DNA of 61,970 nucleotides, counting the filler, from Choristocarpus tenellus KU-1152 (taxonomy: Eukaryota > Protista > Phaeophyceae): NCBI GenBank assembly GCA_964200185.2. It is 8 parts of 8 records of this genome, joined end to end, with 100 filler letters (N's around TTAATTAATTAA, not from the genome) between each part and the next. Parts side by side here need not be neighbours in the genome. Positions count along the whole stretch, not along the records: positions 47,050 to 57,302 come from CAXNAD020003037.1; positions 57,403 to 61,970 come from CAXNAD020013983.1; 6 more parts are not named here. One strand, 5' to 3'. Below, piece by piece: positions 47,751 to 60,250 of the stretch. Each line of letters opens with the position of its first letter. Position 1 is the stretch's first letter. The position numbers and the translations under genes are program-made. The notes under the pieces were generated by a model. It did no database searches. It saw only the letters and a list, made by a program, of their open reading frames with translations, and was not told the origin of the DNA.

Positions 47751-50700
47751 CTGCACCGTCCAGCCCATGGGACAGGTGAGAGTTTCGAATGAGAGGTCTT
47801 TAGTGCGACTTTTTGCTGTGACAATCCGTCCATCCTCTACACGGAAGAACAGGAGGTCATTGGTGCTGCAAGGAGAAATGGGGAAGAAGAGAAGGAATGC
47901 AGTGGTCTGTCAAAGTCAACTACACATTTCAAACAGAGCATGATAGTACATGCAGAGGTCATAGCTCTCTTGCTGGAGAGGACAGTCTTGATTGATAGTT
48001 TGCAACTGGAGAACACTACACATTGGACATGCAATACCCCAACAATAACTTACTCAGCATATATCAACCCTGGTACATCCTGGCAGCAATTTGAAAGACT
48101 GGTGATCACTACCTCATAGAGCAAGTCTGAGCACTTATAGAAAGAGCAGTACTAGAAATATTAGAGGTGTTGGAGGAATTTCCTGGAGCACAGAGCAGAA
48201 TATTCCCAAACCACACCGCTTCAAAATAGCCCGATCCAACCAAGGTCAAAGTGCAGTTCGATCAGGTGTCAGAACATCATACTACACCTTGTTGTTGCCT
48301 GCAGAATCTCAAGGGTGTCTGAGAAGTCCACATTGGTCACTGAACCTCCATCCTCAGGCTTCGCTGCAAGTGATAGAATGGGTCACTTAGTGTCCTACAT
48401 GACAGATACAATGCATCTTGAGCAGGAGCACTGTGGGTAGGTTGTGGGTATGAGAGTCTTACCCAAAGAACTCTATTGAATTACATCAAACGTGACTTCA
48501 GTATGTTCATCATTGGGTGCAGACAAGTAGCACCACGGTCCCACGAAATGATCACCCAATGGTCTGGTGTTGATGCACTACTTCATCAATGGAGTAAAGG
48601 ATGAAGAATGGGAGGTGACGACTGTTGTTCCTTGCAAAATCATGCGTGCTTCTTGTCCTCATTGAGCTCAACCCCACTGCAATGATTTTGCCACCTCTAT
48701 GTTAACCCTCAAAATGAACTCAATCTCAACCTGGACTTCAAACACCTTTACATCTCAACTCTTTTTCCCAAACCCTGCCATCGTTTAGTTGCCAACTGGG
48801 TGCCCTTGCCTGTTGAGGTTTTGAGGGAGTAGTGGTCCTTAGCATTGTGTATGAAGATCTGTCCATTGCTACAGGCAACAGCAAGAAGAGACCCATCTTT
48901 GGAGTACTTCATATCGGAGATCCAGGCCTTGGCATTACGGACCTGTAGTTAAAAAAAAGGTAGTGGTGAAATTCTTAGCCTAATTGATGCCTGGGTATAC
49001 CTTGCCAGGCTCGAAGGTGAAAATGGTTTAAATCCAGAATATAATTGTACCCTACACATCCTTTCCACTTGGTCAAACTAGTCTGGCGTGGAGTTTCAGG
49101 TGTACTGTGTAAGTTTACGTTTCTTCAGGAAAATGCCCACTGATGGATTCAAACAAAAACCTTGGTCACCCACTACCAACCCCTACCTCCTCCAAGACTT
49201 CAAGGGTATCTCCTGATAGGATCATGATTGCACCCTCTTTGACCATGGCGCCTGGATCTCCCCCCAGTCCCACAGCAATATGTTCGCCAGAGGGGGAGTA
49301 TGCTAGGGCCCGCGCAGCAGAGTCTATGCGAGCTTTTTTCTCTAAGCGGCACCTGCTAATGCTCCATACCTTTCCATGGGAAAAGGGTAGAGAATGGGAT
49401 TACAGGCAAGGATGACTTATAAGGAGGAGACTGAAGATATTAATGAGTTTATGTTGAGGTGATGCGAGGAGCTACTGTGGAGTTGCAGGGTTGGGGATAA
49501 ATTGGAAGTAAGCCCAGGAACTATACTGGTTGGCAGCATTTCTTCAGTTATAGCTCATGGCAAAGTTGTTGAGGCTTCCAAGATATGTAGCTAGTTGTGA
49601 GGTAAGGCTTCGTTGAGGTGGTATGGTCGATAGAGATGACATGTAAGGCGTGTTGCATCAAACCGATTTTATCTAACAAGGGGGGATCACAGTAGAGACC
49701 CAAAGTATCTGGGAGGGGGGGGGGGTCTACACCAGGGTGTCCATTTGGGCCATAAACAGGAAATTTGCACTTATATTATCCATCCGACGTATGCAACCAA
49801 AGTGCACAAAATCGCGACATGAACAAATTAACCCCAAATGGACAGTTGCCACCCCCCCCAGATACATTTGAGCCAGATTTTATGGTGGAAGGACAACAAT
49901 CCATTTAGGATGACATTGGTATTGCGCTTGTGTTCTTCTCTCCTTCTGACCCTCTAAACCTTGCAGTGGCAGTGCCCATGCACCCCCCATTCCCACATGC
50001 CCAAGTGATTTTCCTTATGCACCTGACAATGTCTCTCCACCTAGCCCTACCCCTGCCTTCATTGTTGATGGTAAAGATCCAACACATTTAAGAGCATAGG
50101 GCCGTGTCCGTTTGGGACCACAAATACAATGTTGTGGTTTTGATGAATTTTGGCTACCGTGTTTGTTAGCAAGTGTCAATATCCTTACTCCGGACACACC
50201 TTTCATAATCATACTCTGAAATTTTTCAGAGTAGCTATCTATGTTTGCACAGGAAATCGAAAAAGGGCATAAAAACCCGTGGGAAACCAAGCCCCAAATG
50301 GACAAACAGACCAAAACTCACACCCTCTTAAATGCTTTGACTCATACAGTGTGTTCAAGTTTCTCACCCTCACAAAGGCATCGTCTCCCACGGTAGCAAA
50401 TTTGTCAGGGTCGACAGGGTGGCAAGCTAACCCCCGGAGCTGCTTCTTGCCATGCCCTTCAGCCAGAAGGATGGTGAAACCACTGTGATGTGAAATTGAG
50501 AATAGCATTGCGGATGAGTTAGAGGAGCACTTCAACTTCACCATGGAGGTCAAAACAAACAAAAGCCGTCACCGTTTCAGACTCAGTGACCACTGCCTGC
50601 CACTAATACGTCTCTTTTTTCTTCCCATCATTACTTCGGCTAGGAATATCTACTACAATAATGTGACTGAAGGGATAGGGGACATGGAGTCCAAAACACA

Positions 50701-53700
50701 ACACTGACACCGAGAGAGCAGCGTCATTGCTGCATTCAGTCAGTAGGACCCACCCACTCTGCATCTTTCCCAACCCCCTACATAATACACGTGTTGTTTG
50801 AGAACATACTGATCTTGATCTCGTCAAAAATCTTCACCTGTCTCGTGCCACCTCAAATATCTCCCCTGCCCTGGTGCAAGCTAGGAACTTAGAGGCGTAC
50901 TTTATTGCACTGACCGAGTGCAGGACTGTGGAAGCTGGCCTAGCCTCGTGAAGAGCGTACTTTGAGTGACAGGTTGTTCAACCCGTAGGGTGATACATTT
51001 TTGGATGGATATGGTGATTGGCACATGCACAAAAAAGGGAAGGACATAAAAGGATTTAAAATGGAAAGGGGAGGTGGAAATGGTGTGAGTAGGCAAAGCA
51101 CGGGTGAGTATATGAGTGAAAGTATGTTAGGGTTAGGGTACGAGTTTTGCCCTGTTTGTCCGTTTGGGGCTTGGTTTCCCACAGGTTTTTAAAAACATTT
51201 TCCTACTCCAAAATATTTCAGAGTAGGTAAAATGTATACGTTATGAATAGGTGTGTCCGCAACAAGGATATTGACACCTACTAACAAATATAGATTCCCA
51301 AAACCTGAGAGTTTTGACTACTACTCTGTCTCTTCCTATTGAATTTTGACAAAAACGAGTCGGAGAGTGGACACTGAAAACAATACCAAGCTGAGAAACG
51401 GTCAGATTGAAAGTGTCTTAGAGGGTACAAGTTTTGCCCTGTTTGTTCTTTTGGGTCTTGGCTTCCCATGTTTTTTTTTATGACATTTTCCTACTCCAAA
51501 ATATTTCGAGTAGGTAATATGTATACGTTATGAAAAGGTGTGTACGCAATTCCTCTCAAGTAGCATAAACTCCTATGGTTGAAGAAAACATAATAATTTA
51601 ATTGTACATTTCGACCTCTCTGTCACAAATATTTACGCATCCACCACCTGAGGTGCAGATTTTGCTCATTCTGTCCCTGCCCTACCTTTTACTTTGGATG
51701 AGCCCCTTATGAGTCAAAGTCAATGAGAGGTGCCAAGAGTTGCATTTTAAGGATGCTGACAAATAGGTGCAAAAATGGGTTTTTATTACAAATTCGAATA
51801 GGATATTCTTAGATTGTGTTGGAAAAGTTTCAATCAGTTGAAAAATAAACACTCTCAATTGAAACCTAGAACTTCATAAATAGAAATATTGGTGAATTGC
51901 AAAAGATTGAAAAACTGGCTTACAATGGAAAACTTTCAAATCCTGGGTATCTCTCATTTACGTCGGCTCTTATATGGTGCCAGATAGTGCATTTAATATG
52001 GTTCAAGTTTGGGCAGTTCAATGATACGGCTATGGGGGCAGGTTTCGACAGTATTAGTTGCCCTCTACCGTCATCTTTCACTGTTACACTGTTACACTGT
52101 TACACCATGAGGACATCTCGATGACTACTACTTTTTTCACGGCAGCCATCGTCGTATTTGTCCACATTTTCTACGAATTGCTGGCCAAAATCCCAATACC
52201 TCATATGCTGGTATGGGAAGCATACCATTGGAAGAATGAGCCATGGAGCAGAGTTGATGCTGCCACCGCATGGCAGCCTTGATGGAATGTGATTATACCT
52301 TTGCATCTAGTCACTGGAACAACTCTGTCCTAGGCCCCCCCAAACGACTTTGTGCTATTTCCAGGTTTGTTTAAGATATATGCCAAGGTGAGTGCCCGAT
52401 GACCAGAGGAGGACTGCATAAGTCAGATCTTAATAAAACATCATGTCTTCCAAGTGACATTGAAGTTTGAATATCCATTGATGGCATACCTTCCATCAAC
52501 AACTACCCATCAAAAACTAACCTGAATGAAAATAAGCAGCAGAAAGTAGTAGCATTGCAAGTTGTAGAGTTAATATGTTTTAGTGGGTTGGATTTGTCTA
52601 TGTATCCTATTTTGGAGTACTTTATTGAGTTGTCCACCACATTTGCATATTTTCATGCAAGACAAAGCATCCAGTGGTGTGGCAGCCGACACCATAGCAA
52701 AAAATTAGATTACTTGGACAGGGGCAACCTTTGCATTGTTCATTACAAAACCGTTCCAGATAATAGTAGTTTCCGAAGAAACTCGGGCAAAAACATACCT
52801 GTGCGAAAAACAACTCAACCCTGAGTTCTCTAGAGCGTAAAAGCATCTTAGAGGGTAAGAGTTTTGCCCTGTTTATCCGTTTGGGGCTTCGCTTCCCATG
52901 GGTTTTATTATGACATTTTCCTACTCTGAAATGTTTGGGAGTAGGTAAAAAGTATACGTTATGAAAAGGTGTGTTCGGAACAAGGATATTAAAACTTTGT
53001 AACAAATACAATAGCCAAGATTACATCAAAATCGCAACATTAGATTTTGCCCCCCAATTGGACGTGGCTCTACCCTCTAAGATCCTTTGACTCATGGCCA
53101 CAGTAAGTATTCAGGATTGACTCAGTACACTTTCCAGTTATTCTAGTTCTTCCATTTCCTTGCTCCACTCACTTCCCTGTTTGATGCCTCATATCCGCCC
53201 GTACCTGTTTCACCTTCTGCAGCTCCAAATCCCACAGCCTCAGGAATCCATCCTTGCCAGCACTTATAAAGCCCTTTGTCCCCGCCTGCGCTACATCATA
53301 CACCGGTCCTGTATGTCCAGGGGTTGAACGCTCAACACGATGGCCCTGGCAACAGTAATGTTACAGCAGGGGAGGGAGGGAGGGAGGAGTGGAAAGATAT
53401 TACAACTATGAGTTGATACTCACACAAATTGGAAAAAAGGGTAAAAGTGATGGCACACAGAAGCTCACCACCCCCGTGTCACTGATGCCTTGGAAAAGCT
53501 CTCTGTGGATATCTTGAACGAGTCAAAGTATCTTAGGGTTAGGGTAGAGCCGCGTCCGTTTGGGGATCAAAATCCAATGTTGCGATTTTGACGTGATTTT
53601 GGCTATCGTGTTTGTTAGGAGGTGTCAATATCCTTGTTCTGGACACACCATTTCATATCGTATACATTTTACCTACTCTGAAATGTTTTGGAGTAGGAAA

Positions 53701-56349
53701 ATTATATAAAAAACTCGTGGGAAGTCAAGCCCCAAACAGATAAACAGGACAAAACTCGTACCCTCTAAAGTACTTTTACTCAACATGAGATATAACAGTG
53801 TGGGCAGGGAGGCCAATGGGAAAACAACAGTATGTTCAATTAATTCAAGCAAGCACTGAGAGAAGAGGTCGTTTTTATCCACCCCCAACACCGTGGTTCT
53901 GATCTGATGGCAATTTGGTACAGGAAAACAGCAATTCATTTCAAGCATGATGCCCTCCCTCATTCCTAAGAAACGCTGGTCTCAAGTCAACTCTGTAGAA
54001 TATCTCAGCCGTAGGGTTAGGGTTAGACCTGCCTTCCACGTGTAAAGGTGACCGGTGACTGTACCAGTGAGGACAACCTGGTCCTCTCCCATCCTAACCC
54101 CGCAAAGTACTGGCTGGATCTTTTTCTTGTAGCTTCCGGTTTGGAAATGGACAAATGGGGGAGAAGAAGGTGGAGGGCGAGGTGGCAATAGGTTTGTAGG
54201 AGATACGTTTATTTTATCTTGACTTCCAGGGGAAGTGAAGATCAACAGCATGATAAGGTTGATTGAACTAGAGAATTAACAAGGTTATTCCCCTCTTTGG
54301 ATTGAGCACTGTGCAAGAAATTCTGGATTTGGAATGGGTGTTGATACAAGGGCAGTCTTATCCCTTTGATATCCTTTCCATCTCACCCAAATATCCCCCG
54401 CTTGCGATGGAGTTCTCTAGCTCCATCCGTAAATCCAAAGAACTGCACAGCCCTTACACCGCCTGCCATGATAGGGAAGGACTTCGTGCCAGTGAAGAGT
54501 AGGCACAAGTACTTGTTATAGCCTGCACGAACTGTAGCTACTGCAAAGGTATCTGTCCACTGTCCTGACGGACTCCTGGGCAGAGGGACCGGCAGCGGCA
54601 TATAGGGTTGTGTGCTCAATATGTATCCACCTCAGTACATGCGGGTATTGATGCCTGCAAGGTGTGCAGGTGAATGTGTCTGGCTTTTTATAGATCCACA
54701 GTTTGTTCCTTTTTGCAGATAAAGAAGCTGCAATAACTTTAAATGTATGTTGTGTGGGGTGATCGGGGATTATCATTTGAGTGATATCAGCTGAGCAATT
54801 GTTGTTGTTGTTGCTATTGTGTGTGTGCGCGCATGTGTGTGCAGTCAATGATGTTCTCCTTTTTCTGTCCCTCCTATCCCCAACCACAAAATCTCTAGGT
54901 CATGATCTCTCACGTGTATACAGCAATTGTGTGCTGAGCATCATGACCCATGGATGCTAGCCACCGTCCGTCTGCTGAGAAGCACAGCAACGCTACTCCC
55001 CGATGATGTGCTTTTACCAGCCTTGACAATAGTGTCCCTGTTGCTGCATCCCATATCCTCACACTTGCCATTTGATACTCCATAACCCTCCCTCCTTCTG
55101 ATCCCATATTGGATCCAGATTTTGCATTCTTTCCTGCCCCTGAATCGGTGTAAGATCCAATGGCTGCTTCCCCTGAGGCTGCAAATCGCCCACAAGACGA
55201 GACAGTGAGGGAGATCACATCCCCCACATGCCCATGGTGGAACAGTTGTTGTCCTGTCCTGGGATTATAGATGACTACCAGGGCTGCAACAGGGTACAGG
55301 ATACCTGTCCACCTCAACCAAACAGCAAGTCCCATGTAACATTCATTACAGTAGGTGTGAATGGTAGTGAGTATTGACAATGGCGGTGGTTGACATTGAC
55401 AGGGGGTTAGAGATGAGGGCGGGTGTAGGAGAAAAAACTTTGAATTGAAGAGACTGAGGGGGCAGAGAAGCAGAGGGAATGAGGACTGGCGGACAAGGGA
55501 TAGCGGGTCTTCTGGAAGGTATTGATGGAGGTTAAGAGTTCAACAGGGTGTATCGTGATAATCTAGAGCTGTCAACTCTTTCGTCTGTTGTCAATCTCAG
55601 GGCTACATTAGGCAATTTGAGGATAATTAAGTGTGACCCTCTCGATAGCAAAATGTCTACTATGTTAATATGTGTCACTACAAACTGCTCTGGCAAAAAA
55701 CCGAGAGATTTGGTCATGCGAAATTTGTTGTGAACCAGGCTGAAAGAAACTGTGCCAGAGACCAATCAGGGAGCTTCCGATCAGCCGAGGAAATTAACCG
55801 CGGAACAGATCTTCACATGTCCTACAGTTGGTCTTCCTGCAGCTATACAGTATCTTGCTCCAATGAAAGGACACAAGTACTACAAATACTGGCTCAAAGT
55901 ATCTGGAGGGGGAGTGGCGGCTGTCCATTTGGGGCCAATTTTTTCCATGTCGCGATTTATTGGTGATTTGGTTGTATGCGTCAGATGGATGATGTAAGTG
56001 CACTTTTCCTGGTTATGGTCCAAATGGACACCCTGATGTAGACCTTCCCCCCCCCCCCCAAGATACTTTGGGTAACTTTTTTAGTTCCGCAGAGAAAGAA
56101 ACTATGAATGAACAAATGTGAAGACTGCTCTAGTAACTTGTCCTCTTTGTAGCACTGTCGAGTATTATAGTCAACGAATACAACCTGCTTCCTCACATAT
56201 TTCCACCATTCCCACCATCCCCTCTCTTTCCCTGACTCAGCCTCACCCTCTTGGTAATTGTAGTGAAGGTTTCCTCGGATGTCATTTGCTCGGCATCCAT
56301 GGGCTGCTTCTAAGCGAAGGGTCACATCAGGGGCTGATGCAATGCCCAT
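47751..56349 (-). CDS. EML: Echinoderm microtubule-associated protein-like (HELP + WD40 repeats, EML5/6-type), partial, at least 10 exons
   Basis: HELP motif APDVTLRLEAAHGCRANDIRGNLHY; GHVGDVISL..AASGE; VRIWD; WLASMGHDAQHTIAVY; KRGIFG; GHTGPVYDV..SAGKDGFLRLWD; EGHGKKQLRGLACHP..FATVGDD; ARALAYSPSGEHIAVG; WISDMKYSKDG; TLTCPMGWTVQ. Confidence 0.9.
49697..49874 (-). mobile_element. MITE family A, TSD AGA, intronic
   Basis: GACCCAAAGTATCTGGG ... CCCCAGATACATTTGAGCC; AGA on both flanks. Confidence 0.88.
50076..50343 (+). mobile_element. MITE family B, diverged, intronic
   Basis: Colinear with 22350-22608; decayed TIRs. Confidence 0.8.
51114..51547 (-). mobile_element. Two truncated MITE family B copies (51114-~51295, 51405-51547)
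   Basis: Each begins with a GAGTGAAAGTAT-like terminus and follows the family sequence before breaking off. Confidence 0.8.
52835..53093 (-). mobile_element. MITE family B, intronic
   Basis: Full length, both TIRs; TSD not preserved. Confidence 0.88.
53520..53781 (+). mobile_element. MITE family B, TSD AAC, intronic
   Basis: GAGTCAAAGTATCTTAGGGTTAGGGTA ... TACCCTCTAAAGTACTTTTACTC; AAC on both flanks. Confidence 0.9.
55891..56074 (+). mobile_element. MITE family A, TSD ACT, intronic
   Basis: GGCTCAAAGTATCTGG ... AGATACTTTGGGTA; ACT on both flanks. Confidence 0.9.
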
Positions 56350-57095
56350 CTTCCAATAGAGGAAAAAAAAAGAGAAGAGGATGTGTGTTCGTGAATGCGT
56401 GTTGCTCGTATGTCTCGTGTGGACTTGATGCTCTGCTAAGATAACTTAGTTTCAGGAGTGACCATGAGTGTGCGCTGTGTCCTATCAACAGGATATGGAA
56501 AATACATGTGTGTTGGCTTGAGATGGTTCAAAGCGCTTGATACAGCATCCAAAACTGTTCCATCGTTGAATGGACATGCTCAGCTCATGTATAAAGGAAA
56601 TAGTCGACAAGAACTAACTTTCGAGCAATAAAGGAGTGTTTGGCCAGCAAGCAGATCAGCAGAGTGGGTTGCCTGCTTCCTGCCGCTTTGAATCGAAATA
56701 ATTCGTAAGCGTTGCATCAATTGACTCGAGACAATTTGATTTACTAAGTTTAGTTGAAGCGTATGCGCAACACCACGAGGCTAGTGTTCCCCCACATGAT
56801 GAGGTCCTGACAGAGGCACGAAAAATTTGACTTTCCCTCATTTGTGTGACCTTTCTCCACTACTAAGAAGTACAGTCTCCTGTAATATCTGATATGGAGT
56901 TTCCATCGATATTTTGCTCGAGAAAGGCTGGAGAACATGTGACTTACAGATTTACGAAGAAGGACTTACCGAGGTTTCAAAAGAACTACGAGTACTCTAA
57001 TTAGCAAAAGATATTTACTTGCCCACCTTAAATAGTTGAGATACCTTTTGAGGAGAGAAGGTACCTATATACAAGAGATTAGAAAAACGAACACG

Positions 57096-57302
57096 GGCTC
57101 CGAGTATCTGGGGGGGTGGGGGGTGGTGGCTGTTCGTTTGGGGTCCATTTTTCCATGTCGCGATTCTTGCGTGACTTGGTTGCATGTGTCGGATGGATAA
57201 TGTATGTTCACTTCTCCTGGTCAGGGCCCGAATGCACACCCTGGTGTAGTTCACCCCCCCCCCCCCCCCCCCCACACCCCCCACCACACCCCCCCACCCA
57301 CA
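57096..57302 (+). mobile_element. MITE family A, right end lost in poly-C/gap
   Basis: Colinear with 55891-56074. Confidence 0.82.
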
Positions 57303-58305
57303 NNNNNNNNNNNNNNNNNNNNNNNNNNNNNNNNNNNNNNNNNNNNTTAATTAATTAANNNNNNNNNNNNNNNNNNNNNNNNNNNNNNNNNNNNNNNNNN
57401 NNCACGCCTCCGCAGGAGGTGGATGGGTGTAACTTGGAGGCATGGGAGAAGGCGCACCATGACCTACTTACACTTCAGGTATGATTCATAGATGGCCTTG
57501 GACGCTCACACGACGGCAGCAGTGGTGTGGTCTCAGTATGGGATAGAAGGAGTGACTTGACTGCGGGAGACAACTGATGCTTGGAAGGCGTGCTTCTTTT
57601 TTTTTTACCTTGTGTTTTTATGTTTTGTTCGCATCTCTGTGTGTGTCTTTCATTTTTTCTTGCACCTTTGTTCAATACACATGTTGGTGCCGTATGGTGG
57701 TGTGATGAGGAGGAGTAAGCCGTTGCACTGGGTGAATTTTGCTTCCAATGACCGGCCGTGGCAAGAATGATAACCCGACCACGATTTGTTAAATGTTTGT
57801 GAGATGACTTTGCCCCTCCTCCACCTCTCCTGCCTCTACTCCTACGCCTTGTGTTTGTTTGTTTCACCCTCCCTGTATGTCAGGAGTCAAATGCATATTT
57901 ACAGATGGGGCGCAGTTGGGAGCAGGTGACACCACCCCTTGCCATTCTTTCTTTGGCTGCCTCTGTTCTTGGCATGAGTTGTCCTCGTGGTACTACTTGT
58001 TCGATGTCATTGCCTCATTTTCTACTACTGCTGCTGTTACGACAGCGAGTGTAAGCTGTCGTTCTACTCCTCTTGCAGAGAAGTTGGGTTGGTTGAGACT
58101 CATGAGAAGGATTTTGACTTGTCAGTGACAGATCGATCTCCTGTTTAGTGTTGTAAATCGCTACAGTTTGTTTAATTGGAATATATAACCCAATAAATGA
58201 ACGGAAAAGGTCGGGTTATTCTGTTAATTTTTGTCACCATATAACCAAAAAGCATGACTATTGAAGGTGTCAGTGGTCACATAAGAACAACGTATTCACC
58301 GTATT

Positions 58306-58564
58306 AAGCCAAAGTATCTTGGAGGGTAGAGCCACGTCCATTTGGGGGCCAAAACCCAATGTTGCGATTTTGATGTAATTTTGGCTATCGTATTTGTTTG
58401 GTAGTGTCAATATCCATGTTCTGGACACACCTTTTCATAATGTATACATTTTACCAACTCCGAAACATTTTGGAGTAGGAAAATGTCATAATAACAACTA
58501 TGGGAAGCCAAGCCCCAAATGGACAACCAGGGCAAATCTCGTACCCTCTAAAATACTTTCACTC
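58306..58564 (+). mobile_element. MITE family B, TSD ATT
   Basis: AAGCCAAAGTATCTTGGAGGGTA ... TACCCTCTAAAATACTTTCACTC; ATT on both flanks. Confidence 0.92.
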
Positions 58565-59649
58565 ATTGTGTGTGGCATCACTATTGATACTCACAACCGA
58601 CTCACTACACATGTATGTAACTTTTAATGGCTTCGGAACTACCTGCTGAGACCTGTGCCGGTTTTGGAGGCCTTCTCCTTGCGTCACCACACACCACTTG
58701 GTGACATCCGTTCAGAAAGTACAGACTGAGTCGTGTGTTCAATTGGATTTTGATTGAATTTTTTGTGTAGTTGATTGGATTGCGGCCGTAAATTCTTTTG
58801 GTTCACAACAATGCTCATCTCTGTTTCTCATTCCTAAGATACCACGTGTCGTTTCATTCCTACCTACCGACTTTTTCATGTTTGGCGGTGGAGCTCTAGA
58901 TGCTTGAGTGATCAGGTCTATCCCTCTGTCAATCCAAGCGGAGTTTGAGCTCCTCCACACAGGACACACTTCATTGTTACAAAATTGTTTGTTGAGTTTG
59001 TTTTGATGACTCTATCTGGCACCCCCCGCCCACCCAATCGACCACCCCTCCACCCTCTTGCTCCTGCTGAATTTGATTCAAGATCCTGGAATCTATCCTG
59101 CTTTTGTTCAACTACTGGAAGGTGAGATGATGGTACCTTCTTTCTCTTGGCAGAATAAGATCCCATGTGGAGTAAAGTATCTGTAATACGCTTTTTTGGC
59201 ACTCAAATAGTGTTACCTGTTTTTTTTTCAAGTGTCAGATACGGTACCATCTTCATTTTTTTTTGTAGACGTAAACTGCGGAGGAGGATACAGGTATGTG
59301 GTCATTTCTATTTTGTAGGATAGTCAATGACACACTAGTCTTTAGTGGTTGTAATATTTTCAGAGTGGAGTATTCATGAATGTAACATGCACGTGGCCTC
59401 CCTGTCAATCTAGGTGAACCTGAAGGATGACAACATCGTCTTTGGGGACTCGGGTAAATCCACAGGAAATGACTACTTTGCTTGAGTTGCCTGGAATGTT
59501 TTACGGCAAACAGGTCTCGTGGGCTAATGACATCGAGGTTGCTACCTTGTGGTTCAACTGTAAGCTCGATTTTGAAACTCTGGTCATCAGAGACACACTA
59601 GATGCTTAGTAGGCTGCTGGGTCTAGGCTGCCACTCCTTTGGTATTGAT

Positions 59650-60250
59650 GGATCTAATATTTTTCCATATCTGAGCTCTGTGGTTTGGCTGGGCGGGTAC
59701 ACTCCATGTCCTGCACCCATCTTTTTGTGTGGCCCCCACTATTTGTTTTGATTGATGCATTAGACGAAGAGCTGATGAGGATGTGCTATTGATAGATGAT
59801 GATGGGCAGATTGCTTTAGTTGTGTGTGAAGTAGATATACTAGGTGATTATGCAGTGCAAGCTCCCTTACATTATTCTGTTGTCCATCCTGTACGGTGAA
59901 TGGTGTGCTCAAGGTGAGCCTCCTGTTTGGCTGCAAGGGCTAACAGTAGTAATGACTACCATAGTTGTTGTGCACGATAGGTGAAGATAAGCGGGTGAGT
60001 GTTATGCTATTCCCTTTATTCTGTTTCATTTAATTGTTCGTTGACTTGGGTTTTTGTGTGGATTTGAGGAAGCAAAGCCAAGGGAGACTTGGTGATCAGG
60101 AAGATGTCTGGATCTTTGCAGGAGTCAAGTCTCACCTTCCCTCATCTACGGAGTGAACTCCTAATGGGCTGAGAAGGACACTGACGCAGTTTGTAACACA
60201 GATCTGACTGTTGCAGCATGCACTTAATTAGGTCAGGTAGTGTCATGCAT
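59650..60250 (-). mobile_element. Possible highly decayed LINE APE-endonuclease relic
   Basis: Only short motifs PDIFLIT (~60110) and HGVYPP (~59705) in plausible order; no open frame. Confidence 0.25.

Noticed and set aside
52081-52104. (CTGTTACA)x3 and assorted (GT)n, (AAT)n microsatellites
   Set aside because: Ordinary simple repeats.
10557-57402. Seven TTAATTAATTAA palindromes within N runs
   Set aside because: Artificial contig linkers; they also invalidate any gene-neighbourhood argument across them.
21707-58627. Recurrent short ORFs like VNILVPDTPFHNV..GKPSPK
   Set aside because: Translations of non-coding MITE B copies; frames are not conserved.
58739-59202. Basic RGG-containing minus-strand ORF
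   Set aside because: Breaks into stops in all frames downstream; no recognisable domain or splice chain.
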